Assembly: GCA_018813975.1 (NCBI GenBank)
Contig: JAHJAQ010000117.1
Coordinates: 1 to 35,875, forward strand
Direction: 5' to 3'
Source of the DNA: Candidatus Micrarchaeota archaeon
GTDB lineage: Archaea > Iainarchaeota > Iainarchaeia > Iainarchaeales > JAGVWC01
DNA length: 35,875 bases
The notes under the pieces are model-generated. The model searched no databases and was not told the origin of the DNA. It saw only the letters and a list, made by a program, of their open reading frames with translations. Position 1 is the stretch's first letter; each line of letters opens with the position of its first letter. A program made the translations under genes and the position numbers. Positions 1-8,924 of the stretch are shown in pieces.

Positions 1-156
1 CATTTCTGGCAAGGTTTTGTAAATCAATTCCACATCTTCTAACTGCACGTTTTCCAGTCCTGTTTTTTTGTTTCGATAATTAACATCTTGGTTTCGCACG
101 GTTTCCAAATGCTCTATTTTTCGATTTTCCGTTATTTTCGCATCAATGTCTGGCAT
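1..156 (-). CDS. fni: Type 2 (FMN-dependent) isopentenyl-diphosphate isomerase, N-terminal part (runs off left edge; not in ORF track)
   Basis: Hand translation from ATG at 156: MPDIDAKITENRKIEHLETVRNQDVNYRNKKTGLENVQLEDVELIYKTLPEM; matches the IDI-2 N-terminal pattern RKxxH...TG..DV.L....LPE; GTGAT RBS upstream; lies at the end of a mevalonate cluster. Confidence 0.85.
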   Translation of the reverse strand, partial: MPDIDAKITENRKIEHLETVRNQDVNYRNKKTGLENVQLEDVELIYKTLPEM

Positions 157-254
157 GGTAATCACTTTGGGGGTTTATTCCTTTAAAATTCATCGGACAA
201 GACAACAGCAAAATTGCCTGAAAAAGTGAAAAAAATCATGGAAAAACTCTTTTA

Positions 255-276
255 GTTTTTCTAAGACTCTTTTTCT
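255..276. repeat. Copy 3 of an imperfect 22-bp intergenic repeat
   Basis: gtttttctaagactctttttct; 18/22 identical to the copy at 1131-1152. Confidence 0.4.
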
Positions 277-296
277 GCTTTTTGGTTTTTTAGGCA

Positions 297-992
297 TTAT
301 CCTCTCCGTGGTCGCGTTAAAATGGGTTTTCCAACGTTTTTTCGCGGTTTGTTGAGTGCTTTAGTCAGTTCGCGGTCTGGATTCATGGGGTCAAACCGTA
401 TGCGTGCTGCCGTGGCTGAGCGGAGGTCGCTGAGGGAATCCCCCACCATACGAACTTGGTTTTTGGGTACTTTGAACCGTTTTCCTAATCTTGCCAAAAA
501 ATCTTTTTTGAATTGGTGGGCGTTGCTGGCATTGGTTTCTCCGGTGTAGTGCCCACCGCGACTTTTGAACCAGCTGCCCTGATAATAATCGAATGGAATC
601 TTGAGCGTTTTTCCCATGGCCGTAATCAGTTCGTTGGATGAGAGGCTGAGCAAGGCAATTTTTTTTCCTTGTTTTTTCAAGCGGCGAAGTAACTCGATGC
701 TCTTTGGAAAAAACTTTTTTTTATTCTTTCTAACAAACGCTTGGGCGTCATCAAAAATCTGGGTAGTGGATTGGCCTTGAATCCCTTTTCCAAACAAGTC
801 AACCGCGGCTTGAGCGGCTTGTTTGTAGGGCCTCTTTCCGGCCCGATATTCTGCTAGGTTGTGTAAAAATTCTTTGTGAACATTTGGATCAAATCGTTTT
901 CGCGCCACTAAATAAGCAGCAAAATCTACTAGGAGGTGTCCATCATAGATTGGGCCGTCCACATCAAATGCAAAAACTTTCGGATTTGCCAT
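297..992 (-). CDS. HAD-superfamily hydrolase (subfamily IB-like), strongly basic
   Basis: Motif I AFDVDGP, motif II LLSLS, motif IV VGDSLSD; start 992 (MANPKV) or 1004. Confidence 0.8.
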   Translation of the reverse strand: MANPKVFAFDVDGPIYDGHLLVDFAAYLVARKRFDPNVHKEFLHNLAEYRAGKRPYKQAAQAAVDLFGKGIQGQSTTQIFDDAQAFVRKNKKKFFPKSIELLRRLKKQGKKIALLSLSSNELITAMGKTLKIPFDYYQGSWFKSRGGHYTGETNASNAHQFKKDFLARLGKRFKVPKNQVRMVGDSLSDLRSATAARIRFDPMNPDRELTKALNKPRKNVGKPILTRPRRG

Positions 993-1019
993 ATTAAAAA
1001 CCATAAAAAGACTTTTTTA

Positions 1020-1041
1020 GAATTTCAAACACTTTTTTTCC
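1020..1041. repeat. Copy 1 of an imperfect 22-bp intergenic repeat
   Basis: gaatttcaaacactttttttcc; 20/22 identical to 1131-1152. Confidence 0.55.
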
Positions 1042-1130
1042 TTTTTGGGGTGTTTTTTCCTCCTTTTATGCTCCTTTTGGGCTAGGGGCCTTGCAGAACG
1101 AATGAAAAGACCAAAAGAAAGAATCTTTCG

Positions 1131-1152
1131 GAATTTCTAACACTCTTTTTCC
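1131..1152. repeat. Copy 2 of an imperfect 22-bp intergenic repeat
   Basis: gaatttctaacactctttttcc, directly after the PMK stop codon. Confidence 0.55.
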
Positions 1153-1154
1153 AT

Positions 1155-2279
1155 TTATTGGGTGGCTTTTTTGGCAATATTGGCTTGTACGGGTTCAATG
1201 CCAGCTTTCTTCCACTCGGCTTCAATCACTTGACGGGTGTGAGAATCAAAACAAATTCCAATTCCAACGCCACCGCCGCCCCCACCGGAAAACTTTCCGG
1301 CAGCATTGTTTTGTTCTGCAATATCTGCTAGTTTAGCTAGGGCGGATGTTTCTAATTCTATGCCAGAGATGTGTGCTAGTTCCTGTAAGGCTCTTCGGTT
1401 TTTTTGTAATTGTGCAATAATCTTTTCTTTTTCGTTGTTTTGCATGGCCGGAACCAATTCTTCTACAATTTGTTTGATTTCATTCATTGTTTTCCAGTAT
1501 GCTTCTTTTTGCTCTTCTTTACACGCGTGTACTTTTTTAATCATTACTTTGGTGCTGGTATCTGGACCAGTATATCCAATAAGTAATTGAAAGTCTGGGG
1601 GTATTTCTAGCGAGTCCAAATGCAGGCTTGGCCAATCAGAATCAGCAATTTCTGCAATGTTTTTTCCTGAATTGAATTGTTCTTGCAACCATTTGGGATC
1701 AAATCGCTTGTACAAAACAATTCCCTCTACAGTAGAAGCGGCAATATCCACACTGCTTCCTACTTTTCCTTGGGCTTCAAAGTGAGCCATGCAGGCAAGT
1801 TTGAATACAAGTTCCACTCCTTGTTTGCTTTTGATTTCAGTTTCATGCAAGCTTAAAATGGCTTTTACAATAGCAACCACTGCCGCCCCGCTACTACCAA
1901 ATCCGAGTGTTTTAGTGGAACCATCCGGTAATTGTACAAATGATTCTTCCGAGCTAGTAGAAATACTAAACTTCTGAATCTTTTTTTCTTTTGCTTTTAA
2001 ATATTGCAGTGCTGTTGTAATCGCATATTGGGCCATTAACAATTTTTCTTTTTCTTCTTCACGCAAAGCACTTTTCCACTGGAGTTTTTCCCCATCAAAA
2101 ACGGCTTCTTTTTTTTCGAGTTTCAAATCTGGTGCAAAAACCGAGATGATTTCACTGGGTTCTAATTTAACTTGTACTTTTTTGTCAATTGCCATGACAA
2201 TGCCAGGAATTCCCAGTTCTAAACAGGCCCATTCTCCCGCCAGCATTAGTTTTCCGGGTGCTTCTGTTTGAATAGTCAT
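1155..2279 (-). CDS. mvaK2: Phosphomevalonate kinase (GHMP family, MvaK2/ERG8-like)
   Basis: APGKLMLAGEW N-terminus, GFGSSGAA ATP loop, AHFEAQGKVGSSVDIAAS, KFSGGGGGG; directly downstream of mvaD with AGGAGGT RBS. Confidence 0.82.
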   Translation of the reverse strand: MTIQTEAPGKLMLAGEWACLELGIPGIVMAIDKKVQVKLEPSEIISVFAPDLKLEKKEAVFDGEKLQWKSALREEEKEKLLMAQYAITTALQYLKAKEKKIQKFSISTSSEESFVQLPDGSTKTLGFGSSGAAVVAIVKAILSLHETEIKSKQGVELVFKLACMAHFEAQGKVGSSVDIAASTVEGIVLYKRFDPKWLQEQFNSGKNIAEIADSDWPSLHLDSLEIPPDFQLLIGYTGPDTSTKVMIKKVHACKEEQKEAYWKTMNEIKQIVEELVPAMQNNEKEKIIAQLQKNRRALQELAHISGIELETSALAKLADIAEQNNAAGKFSGGGGGGVGIGICFDSHTRQVIEAEWKKAGIEPVQANIAKKATQ

Positions 2280-2290
2280 TTTTTTACCTC

Positions 2291-3289
2291 CTAAAACAAG
2301 TGCTCTTCAATTATTTTTGCTGCTGGCCCTGGTTTGCACACTTCAATTTTTTGAATTCCTTTTATTTCATGCAATCGCTTTATCAATTCGGATTCGTCTT
2401 TTGCCAAACACATTACTTTTACTTGGGGCCCAGCATCCATTGTGAAATAACTTTCCAGCCCTTCTTCTCGCCACAAGGCAATGTTATGCATGATTTCCAC
2501 TGTAGTGGGTTGCCAATACAGTATCATGGGCTGCGTGGTAATCATAGTCGCGTGCATTTTGAGGGCATTAAATTCTGCTAGTTCCCCTACTTTAGTGAAG
2601 TCTTTTTGTTTGATAAATTCAGTCATTTGTTCGGAATCGTTTTGCGCGGTTTCTTTCCACATAGGATAATACGGGCACGTAGCGACTGTTTGAGCCATTC
2701 CAGCCCGGCTTTTCCATTTTTTTTGCTGGGTTCCCACAATATTTACAATCATTCTGAATTCGGACCATGCTTCCGGCTTTAAAATTTGCTCTGCAAAAGA
2801 ATCTTTTCCTTCAGAGTCTTCTCCTCTTAACCATTGTACAAAACCGCCTTCAATACTCCTAGAAGCAGAACCAGAGCCCCTCCTGGAAAGAATGGATAAT
2901 TCTTTTTTATCTAGGTTTAATCCTGCAGCTTTTGCTCCCGCCATGCTTAAAGCAGCCAATCCGGAAGCACTGCTTGCTAAGCCTGCTGCAGTTGGAAAAT
3001 TATTATTGCTTGAAACTTTTGTCTTAGTGGAAATGCCCGCCATTTCTCGAATTAAATCCAAGTGTTCACGGATTTCTTTTCCTTCTTTACTGTCCGCAGC
3101 CATTTTCTCTCCATTCAAAATAATTTCATCCGTCCCATATTTTTCATCAAACTCTACTGTGGTTTGAGTATAGAATTTGTCCAAGGTCATGGACGTGCTA
3201 CCATTATTGGGTAGCATCCATTTTTTGTCGCGTTTTCCCCAATACTTGGTTAACGCGATATTCGAGTGTGCTTGTGCTGTTGCTTTCAT
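2291..3289 (-). CDS. mvaD: Diphosphomevalonate decarboxylase
   Basis: NIALTKYWGK, NNFPTAAGLASSASG, RRGSGSASRS, FTMDAGPQV motifs. Confidence 0.95.
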   Translation of the reverse strand: MKATAQAHSNIALTKYWGKRDKKWMLPNNGSTSMTLDKFYTQTTVEFDEKYGTDEIILNGEKMAADSKEGKEIREHLDLIREMAGISTKTKVSSNNNFPTAAGLASSASGLAALSMAGAKAAGLNLDKKELSILSRRGSGSASRSIEGGFVQWLRGEDSEGKDSFAEQILKPEAWSEFRMIVNIVGTQQKKWKSRAGMAQTVATCPYYPMWKETAQNDSEQMTEFIKQKDFTKVGELAEFNALKMHATMITTQPMILYWQPTTVEIMHNIALWREEGLESYFTMDAGPQVKVMCLAKDESELIKRLHEIKGIQKIEVCKPGPAAKIIEEHLF

Positions 3290-4062
3290 TTTTTTATCAA
3301 CCTCTCAAATAATTTAAACTTCTTTCCAGTTATGTATAAGAGGGCTTCTTTTTTGTATTTTTTGCCCTTGCTATAAGTGGGATTAAAACTTTTTATAATT
3401 TCATTGATTGTTTTTCCTTTTTTTTGAACGTTTTCCGTGCAATGCTCAATCAATTCTAGTAACCAGGGCTCTTTTTTTTGGGTTGCTTCTAGGGATTCTT
3501 TAGACCATGCAAACTGGTATTCCGTTAATTTCCTGAATTTTTCCTGAAAAACGCTTGGATTGAATTTTTTGATGCGAACCGAGTGTTGGTATTCCATTGC
3601 GTCTATTGCATTCCAGTCTTTATAATCATCTACTTCTTGTACAAAGAGCGCTCTTCGAAATACTACTTGGGCCCCCATTTGTTCTAAGATTTTATCCGCC
3701 AAAAAAACCACTTGTTTTTGCATGTTCTGTTCTCCTTTGAGGTGCATTGCAACTAATTCAACAATTTTTCTTTGATCTTCTTCTGCCAATGAGAATTTTT
3801 TTAGTAGCTTTTTTGAAAGGAGGATTGAACTTTCTGTATGATCTTTTTTTTCGGTTTTAGGCCTGCCTAAATCATGAACTAATCCCGCAATGTACGCGCG
3901 TTCTTGTTCGTGCGAACTCATTCCTAATTGCTTTGCAAACCATTTGGCTCCGATTGCCACTCTTTTTGCATGTAAAAAATCGTGGCTTTTAAACTCCGTT
4001 TTGCTTTCCCGCTCTTTAACTGCTTTTTCAATTTCTTGAGTGGGTAATTTTTTTTCTTTCAT
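3286..4062 (-). CDS. HD-domain metal-dependent phosphohydrolase
   Basis: HDFLHAKRV, AGLVHDLGR, DH, LADK metal-binding pattern; ATGA overlap with mvaD start. Confidence 0.85.
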   Translation of the reverse strand: MKEKKLPTQEIEKAVKERESKTEFKSHDFLHAKRVAIGAKWFAKQLGMSSHEQERAYIAGLVHDLGRPKTEKKDHTESSILLSKKLLKKFSLAEEDQRKIVELVAMHLKGEQNMQKQVVFLADKILEQMGAQVVFRRALFVQEVDDYKDWNAIDAMEYQHSVRIKKFNPSVFQEKFRKLTEYQFAWSKESLEATQKKEPWLLELIEHCTENVQKKGKTINEIIKSFNPTYSKGKKYKKEALLYITGKKFKLFERLIKK

Positions 4063-4106
4063 AGCTTGCCTCTTAATTTGGTTAATATTAAAAATCAGTT
4101 TTTATG

Positions 4107-4973
4107 TTATGGTTTAACTGCTTTCATGATCATTACTGGATAGGTTATCTCATAGTGGTCTCCACCCACTTTTTTGATTTGGTATGCTCTTCGTGCATCG
4201 GGAAATCTTTCGAGTAATCTTTCTAGTGCTTGAACATATTCTCTTACTTTTCCGGCCGGCATTTGGTTGCTTTTTACCCAATCTCTTGTATTTACTTTAG
4301 AAGTCGTCATTTCTACTTCCGTCACGTTAAAACCGGCCTGTTGCATCATTTTTCTCCATCCTTTTTCAGTGGGTACATTGTTTCTAGTAAAAAAGTCTCC
4401 TGTTGCGTGGTTTTTGGCAATGCGTTCTGCATTTTGGAATTCTTGTAATCCTTCTGGTGAAACCATATCCATTAGCACAAACACCCCGCCACGTTTCATG
4501 ATACGATTGGTTTCGCGTAGGATTATCATTTGTTCTTTTTGCGGAACGTTTTTAACCGCAAAACGCGAAACCGCATGGGTATACGTGTTTTCCCATCGAA
4601 GGGTTCTCCTTAAATCTGCGGCATGGGTTGCTCTAAGGGGCCCTCTGGCCACTTCGCTTAAAGCGCCCGGAGAAAGATCAATAAAACTGGGAATCACACT
4701 GGCGCCTCTTTTTCTTAGAGCTGCAGCTACTTTACTTCCAACCAATCCCCTTCCAGACCCCAAATCAACTAGTTTTACCCCTAATTGTCCGCGTTTTACG
4801 CCCATCATGCGTGCTATTGTATTATAGACATCTGTTCGTCGATAAATCGCGGGTCCTTTTGCGTGAACAACCGTAGCATACTTTCTTGCAGTTCCAGTTC
4901 TAAAATCGGTTCTTTTTCGCCCTTGTTGTCCGGCTCTTTTTGGTCCGGTTCCGCTACCACTAGTTTTCAGCAT
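4107..4973 (-). CDS. Class I SAM-dependent methyltransferase, Arg-rich
   Basis: LVDLGSGRG motif I, FIDLS motif II, AADLR, RIMKRGGVFVLMD. Confidence 0.85.
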   Translation of the reverse strand: MLKTSGSGTGPKRAGQQGRKRTDFRTGTARKYATVVHAKGPAIYRRTDVYNTIARMMGVKRGQLGVKLVDLGSGRGLVGSKVAAALRKRGASVIPSFIDLSPGALSEVARGPLRATHAADLRRTLRWENTYTHAVSRFAVKNVPQKEQMIILRETNRIMKRGGVFVLMDMVSPEGLQEFQNAERIAKNHATGDFFTRNNVPTEKGWRKMMQQAGFNVTEVEMTTSKVNTRDWVKSNQMPAGKVREYVQALERLLERFPDARRAYQIKKVGGDHYEITYPVMIMKAVKP

Positions 4974-5006
4974 TTTATCCCTTGTATATTTGGGTTTCTG
5001 ATTTTT

Positions 5007-6335
5007 TTATTCTTTTTGTGCCACTACCATCCAGTTCACATTTCCAGTGTCTTTTTCTCCTGGTTTGGCAAAAGGATATTCTGCTCCGTCAGTGTTAAAA
5101 CCGTATTGTCGAGCACCTTCTGCCATGGCTTTTCCTTCTCGATACGCTCGATTTCGATAGCCCGCTACATTCAAAAGGCGTGGTTGGTCTTCTCTTTCTC
5201 TTTCCATCCAATCCCTGTTTTTTCGGCACCACGTAAAAAAATTAAATTCCTTTGAGTTTTCAATATCTCGCCATAGTTTTTGTTTAACGTGTTCTGGATA
5301 ATCAAAATAGCGTGGTCCCATCCAAAAATTCAGGAACGAAACATATGCATCAAATATGGTTACTGGTCTTCCTTCAGCACGGGCAATTACTGTTCTTTTT
5401 AGCTCTGGCACTTTAACTGTTGGGCTGGTGGCTTCTGCACTACCCCATTCCCAATCCACAAATACTCCTTTTGGTTTTAGTAGGCGTCGCACGCTTCTTA
5501 ATAAGGGGGATAAATCATTTGCAAAGTTGATGGTGGAAGCGCCGGCAGTAATCATATCTACTTTTCCGATTAAATCCAAGAATTGTTTGGTGTATCGTTG
5601 CTGTCCTTTTTAATGAAAGGGTCTTCTCATTTGTTTGAATGCAACTGCCGCACTATAAAAGCTGGCGGGCAGCACTAGAATGTTTCGCTTTGGAATTCCC
5701 AATCCCACTAGTTGGGGAACCGCATGTTCTCGCACCACTCGTTCGTTTATATCCACTAAAACCACTTTCAATTGTTTTCTTTGCTCGGGACTTAATCCTT
5801 TTACCGCACCAACAATAGTTCCGCCTGCAAACGTTCCAATATCCAAAATGGTTCTGGGTTTTATTTGATTTCCAAAAAATCGTTTTGTAATCCTTCCGAC
5901 TCGATCGTTCATGAGATTGGGATTTCCTTTTCCCGCCTTAGCAATAGTATCAATGTATGCTTTTGGAGCAGTTGCCCAAAATTTGCTTCCTTTGATTCCC
6001 CTTTCTCGAATAGCCTCCCATACGGTTTTTTCGAATCCCCTTGCCAGACTTGGATAGCGCTTTAACAATCGAGTAATGGGTGGAAGACGTTGCAATTGTC
6101 CAATTACCGCCGGAATGTTTACAAAACTAGCCACGTTTTCTCTTGGCAATTTGGATAACTCGTGTTCAATATGATAGAGGGGATAGCCTTTTTTTGGTCC
6201 TTGGTGTGAGTGGGGATGAAAGCGTGCTTGAATCATTGGATGGCTTGCCTCTACAAGCGGTCGTTTGTTGCTTGTTCCCATTGCTTGGGCGATTTTTCGA
6301 GCTAATTGTCTTTTTCGGACCGTTTTAGAGGGCAT
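5007..6335 (-). pseudogene. Class I SAM-dependent methyltransferase (about 442 aa) interrupted by one in-frame TAA at 5610-5612
   Basis: ORFs 5610-6335 and 5007-5579 share a frame (...RRPFH*KGQQRYTKQFLDLIGKVDMITAG...); motifs ILDIGTFAGG and VLVDINE are in the first part, VDMIT and RRLLKPKGVFV in the second. Confidence 0.8.
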
Positions 6336-6365
6336 ACAACAAAAAACCGTTTCTGCTATAAAACA

Positions 6366-7292
6366 TTATCCAACCGTGGTTTGAACGGTTGTGAATCCTT
6401 TTTCTTGCATTGCTTTTGCCACTTTTTCTTGTAATGCTGCTCCTGGCGTTAATGCAATCATATACCCTCCGCCACCGCCACCCGTCATTTTAGCGCCGAT
6501 TGCGCCGTTTTCGCGTGCAATTGCAATCAATTCTTCTAACTTTGGATGCGATACACCAATTTCTTGTAACAATTCGTGATTGCGGTTCATTAGTGTTCCC
6601 AATTCTTCAATATTTCCATTGGCAAATGCTTCTTTTGCTTTTAGTGCAATTTGTTCTGCTTCTTCAAATAATGGATTGTATTTTGCTGGTTCTTTTTCTT
6701 TTCGTTCTTGTACGCCCAACACCAATTTTTTAGTATCCCCCACGACTCCAGTGTTTCCCATTACAATTTCTACTGGACCAGCGCTCTTCATTTTTTCAAA
6801 AGTGGGGGGATTTCCGCGCTGATACCACAATAATCCGCCAAACGTGGCAGCTGTATTATCAATTCCGGATGGTTTTCCATGGTACCCCAATTCCCCTTGA
6901 AACGCAACCTCATTAATCTGATCATTGTTTAATCCTTTTTTGAAATGCTCGTTTAGGGCGCGTGCAATGGCGGCACAACTCGCGGCACTGGCCCCCACCC
7001 CACTAGCAGCTAACAAATCCCCTGTCAAGGTAATTCGAATAGGGGTTTCTTTTGGGTTAATTTGCATGGCTTTGAAAATATATTGTAAGGATTCTTTTTG
7101 CTGTTCAAATTTTTCTTGTTTGTAACCGGGTGTTTCCGGGCGTTTATCCACTAATTCATAATTTTCTCCTTCAATTGCTTCTACGATTGCAGTGGTTTTT
7201 GAATTGATACCGCACACTATTGCGTGGTTTCCGGAAACCACAAAGTGTTCGCCAAACAAGATTACTTTTCCAAATCCTTCTCCGTATGCCAT
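6366..7292 (-). CDS. mvk: Mevalonate kinase
   Basis: GKVILFGEHFVV, GVGASAA, HGKPSGIDN, GAKMTGGGGGG; start corrected to ATG 7292 (MAYGEG) with GTGAT RBS. Confidence 0.93.
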   Translation of the reverse strand: MAYGEGFGKVILFGEHFVVSGNHAIVCGINSKTTAIVEAIEGENYELVDKRPETPGYKQEKFEQQKESLQYIFKAMQINPKETPIRITLTGDLLAASGVGASAASCAAIARALNEHFKKGLNNDQINEVAFQGELGYHGKPSGIDNTAATFGGLLWYQRGNPPTFEKMKSAGPVEIVMGNTGVVGDTKKLVLGVQERKEKEPAKYNPLFEEAEQIALKAKEAFANGNIEELGTLMNRNHELLQEIGVSHPKLEELIAIARENGAIGAKMTGGGGGGYMIALTPGAALQEKVAKAMQEKGFTTVQTTVG

Positions 7293-7351
7293 AAAATCAC
7301 TATCAACTAAGATAACAAATTTTTTTAAGAACAAAAAGTTATGTAGCAATA

Positions 7352-7753
7352 TTAACTTACTTTGAACTTGTAACCGTAGGCAATCGCGCCTTCGTGGTCG
7401 GTGTCTTGGATTTTGCGGAACACTTTTTTTACTTGGGCCCCGGTCTTGATTTTTTCTTTTGGTGAATCCACGATCTGGCTTAAAATCATGCACTTGTTTC
7501 CCAAGTCAATTAACGCTAAAAAGTATGGGGTTTCGTGCTGGAATCCAATCGGTCCTACAAATACCTCTGTGAAAGAAACGATTTTTCCAGTGCGCGGCAT
7601 TTCTTTTGAAACCATTTTTCCTTTTCGCCTGCAATTCGGACAAAACAATCGGCCTGGAAAAAAATCGGTTTTACAGGTTTCACAATGACAACCGCGTAAT
7701 AAGTACCGCTCCGGATACCGTCTCCAATGAATTGCAATTGCATTATCTGCCAT
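7352..7753 (-). CDS. DUF35 Zn-ribbon/OB-fold protein (thiolase/HMG-CoA synthase scaffold subunit)
   Basis: CETC...FPGRLFCPNC Zn ribbon, GKIVSFTEV, IAYGYKF C-terminus; follows the thiolase. Confidence 0.92.
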   Translation of the reverse strand: MADNAIAIHWRRYPERYLLRGCHCETCKTDFFPGRLFCPNCRRKGKMVSKEMPRTGKIVSFTEVFVGPIGFQHETPYFLALIDLGNKCMILSQIVDSPKEKIKTGAQVKKVFRKIQDTDHEGAIAYGYKFKVS

Positions 7754-7754
7754 T

Positions 7755-8924
7755 TTATTTCACCTGTGCTTTTTTGAAAATGTGCACGACCGCAGTTGCA
7801 CCGCTACCACCCACATTATGGGTTAAACCAATTTTAGCATCTTTTACTTGTCTTTCTTTGGCCAATCCATTTAATTGAAAAAACATTTCTACTGCTTGTT
7901 TGATTCCAGTCGCCCCCACGGGATGGCCGCAAGCCTTTAATCCGCCAGAAGGATTGATTGGAATTTCTCCTTTCAAACTTGTTTTGCCTTTTTCAGTTGC
8001 TTTTCCCCCATCTCCTTTTTTAAAAAAACCAAGATCTTCTATGGCAAGAATTTCTGCAATTGTAAAACAATCATGTACCTCTGCCAAATCAATATCGCTT
8101 GGTTTGAGGTGGGCTTCTTCAAAGTCTAGTTTGGCGGCTACTTTTGTTGCCATTAATTCTGTTAAACTCTTTCTTCCCGTTAAAGCCAGTGAATCGGATG
8201 CTTGGGTGCTTGCCAATATTTCAATGGCATTTTCACTGATTTTTTTGGCTTTGCTGGTTTCGCACAAAATAACCGTGGCTGCGCCATCGCTAATCGGAGA
8301 ACAATCTAATAATTTTAAGGGAGAAGCCACATAGCCCGAGTTCATAACATCTTGTATTGTAATCTCGCGGTGAAATTGGGCATTGGGATTAAACATGGCA
8401 TTATAATGGTTTTTTACCGCTACTTGTGCCATTTGTTCTTCTGTGGTTCCAAACGCTTCCATGTGCTTTCTGGCCAGCAACGCATACAAGGCCGGAAAGG
8501 TTGCGCCGTGAAATAATTCGGTTTCTTGGTCTCCAGCCCCCCCTAATGCAAAGCCTGCTTCTTCAACTGAAATTTCTGTCATTTTTTCCACGCCACCAAC
8601 CGCGACTACATCGTACAATCCACTTGCCACTGAAATGTACGCGTTTCGCAAAGCAACGCCACCCGAAGCACACGCAGCCTCTAATCGCGTAGCCGGCAAG
8701 GGAGTCAATCCTAATTCATCTGCAATCAAAGCGCCAATGTGTTCTTGTCCTACAAACCTTCCGGATGCCATGGTGCCGCCATAAATGGCTTGAATGGTTT
8801 TGCCTTCAATACCACTGGATTCTAAGGCCATTAAACCTGCTTTTCCAATGAGGTCTCTAAAGCTTTCATTCCAGTGTTCTCCAAAAGCCGTTTGGCCAGC
8901 TCCAATAATACTAACGCTTCTCAT
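7755..8924 (-). CDS. Acetyl-CoA acetyltransferase (archaeal thiolase)
   Basis: EAACASGG, VAVKNH, AEVHDCFT, NPSGGLKACGHPVGATG, HNVGG. Confidence 0.95.
   Translation of the reverse strand: MRSVSIIGAGQTAFGEHWNESFRDLIGKAGLMALESSGIEGKTIQAIYGGTMASGRFVGQEHIGALIADELGLTPLPATRLEAACASGGVALRNAYISVASGLYDVVAVGGVEKMTEISVEEAGFALGGAGDQETELFHGATFPALYALLARKHMEAFGTTEEQMAQVAVKNHYNAMFNPNAQFHREITIQDVMNSGYVASPLKLLDCSPISDGAATVILCETSKAKKISENAIEILASTQASDSLALTGRKSLTELMATKVAAKLDFEEAHLKPSDIDLAEVHDCFTIAEILAIEDLGFFKKGDGGKATEKGKTSLKGEIPINPSGGLKACGHPVGATGIKQAVEMFFQLNGLAKERQVKDAKIGLTHNVGGSGATAVVHIFKKAQVK

Noticed and set aside
255..1152. CRISPR array interpretation of the 22-bp repeats
   Set aside because: Only three degenerate copies with irregular spacing (one separated by a whole gene) and no cas genes
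5610..5612. Genome-wide stop-codon reassignment as the explanation of the in-frame TAA
   Set aside because: TAA ends many intact genes here (HAD, PMK, mvk, thiolase, glyA), and TAG and TGA are also used as stops
7293..7493. ORF-track N-terminal extension of mevalonate kinase; similar over-long starts at 10640, 14403, 16855, 19949, 25243 and 34906
   Set aside because: They overlap neighbouring genes or ignore better-placed RBS/TATA signals; starts were corrected
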